Source: Cetorhinus maximus
Taxonomy: Eukaryota
Length of the DNA stretch: 64,000 bases
Direction of reading: 5' to 3'
Assembly (NCBI RefSeq): GCF_964194155.1
Contig: NC_135899.1
Location: 10,788,001-10,852,000, forward strand
The notes under the pieces are model-generated. The model searched no databases. It was not told the DNA's origin and saw nothing but the letters and a program-made list of their open reading frames with translations. The position numbers and the translations under genes are program-made. Of the stretch, positions 62,647-64,000 are shown in pieces; within the stretch, counting starts at the first letter, position 1; each line of letters opens with the position of its first letter.

Positions 62647-63529
62647 CCTGTGTCCGTTTACAATCCTCCCTTCTGAATGAAGCAAGTCGCGCTGGCAACC
62701 TCTCCGAAGGGACTTTGAGGCTGTTTGCAAATTGACGACGAAGCCAAGTTGCCTCAGACAGCACAGGGGTCGAAGTCATTCCTACCGGTCACTACAGTGC
62801 TTTAACAAGGGCGAGTGCACTTGCCAGTGGGCTTGAGGTGGGGTATGCCATAGGCGATAAACAGCAGCAATTCATTTACTAGCAGAGCCTGTGGATATTA
62901 ATTGCAGGCTGAGGTTAAGTCAAATTAAACTGTGAATGATAAATGGACAGAAAGAAGTAAGGGTCAAGAAAGAAACTGTAAAGGGACTTGTAGTGATGCT
63001 GACACATGAAGCTTTGGTTAGTTCAACTCTGTTAACTTTCCTCTGTATCTTTACCTTCTGATTTCCATAACTGTATATAGGTACTTTTTTTTACATCATG
63101 TAATAGAATAATAATAATACTAAGAGAATAGGTGTACAATTATACCATGCACATTGTGGGTAGAGAACATTGCAACCCCCAACCCTCCCCCCACCACTCC
63201 TTCAAAGCCAAATTAGGATAAAGTTGAAAGTTCAAGAGTCACAAGGAAATGGGGAGAATGGACTAGGGGCAGCTGGGGTTACAACTGTATTGAATAGACT
63301 CAGAAGCACAGGCGCGATGAGCTGAATAGCCTTCTGTGCTGTATGCCTCTAATGTGGGGAACCTGATGAATCAATGCGCAAGCTATTAAAAGAAGCTCAA
63401 AAGAATAAATTGACAGACAGAGGTTGTTGTATCAGAACAAGGAGAGTCCCTGGTTTCAATAAATACAAGGCAGAAGGCTGAAAACAGGCAATGGATAAAG
63501 TACACATCGTAATTATTCAGAACGCCAAT

Positions 63530-64000
63530 GATTATTATCCAGGATGGTGTGTTGCCTCCCTGTTGCCAGGGTCAAGAATGTCATGGAAAAGTTGCAGGAC
63601 ATCCTTCGGGGGGAGGGGGATCAGCCAGAAGTAATGGTCCACATTGGTACCAATGACATAGGTAGGAAGAGGGATGAGGTCCTGAAAACAGATTTCAGGA
63701 GTTAGGAATGAAATTAAAAAGCAGCATCTTAGGATAACTCCCAGTGCCACGTGCTAGTGAGCGTAGGAATAGGAGGATTGATCAATTAAATACGTAGCTA
63801 GAGAACTGGTGCAGGAGAGAGGGCATCAGATTTTTCAGGCTTTGCGACCAGTTCTGGGGCAGGTGGGACCCATACAAGCTGGACGGGTTACATCTTAACA
63901 GGACTGGGACTGATATACTCGCAGGGAGATTTGCTAGTGCTGTTGGGGTGGATTTAAATTAGCTTGTCAGGGAGTTGGGAACCTGAGGGGTAGCCCAAAT
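63530..64000 (+). mobile_element. CR1 ORF1 esterase (SGNH-like) fragment
   Basis: VCCLPVARVK..VMVHIGTNDIGRK..FWGRWDPYKLDGLHLN. Confidence 0.85.

Overview
Vertebrate genomic DNA, almost certainly from a cartilaginous fish (shark); the species group is inferred from the repeat families. The window is repeat-dominated and contains two divergently oriented host genes. FKBPL (minus strand) has a single coding exon at 4520-5464, predicted 5'UTR exons up to ~15.36 kb and a CpG-rich ETS/CRE promoter. A family-6 alpha-1,3-galactosyltransferase (A3GALT2/GGTA1-like, plus strand) has coding exons at 38679-38776, 40698-40781, 59242-59379 and 60477-61161. The long GT6 intron holds an antisense endogenous retrovirus (51910-58548) with LTRs, a 4-bp TSD, a tRNA-His PBS, epsilon-like gag and integrase, and a pro/RT deletion. 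Its env is stop-free after two compensating homopolymer frameshifts and looks foamy-virus/F-protein-like rather than gamma-type. Other notable items: an APE-RT LINE family carrying a tRNA-Thr-like Pol III head shared with its SINE, Penelope-derived palindromic elements with minimal hammerhead cores, CR1/L2/DeuSINE debris, solo LTRs, a hAT MITE, four minisatellites and an N gap. All calls were made by eye; repeat boundaries are approximate.
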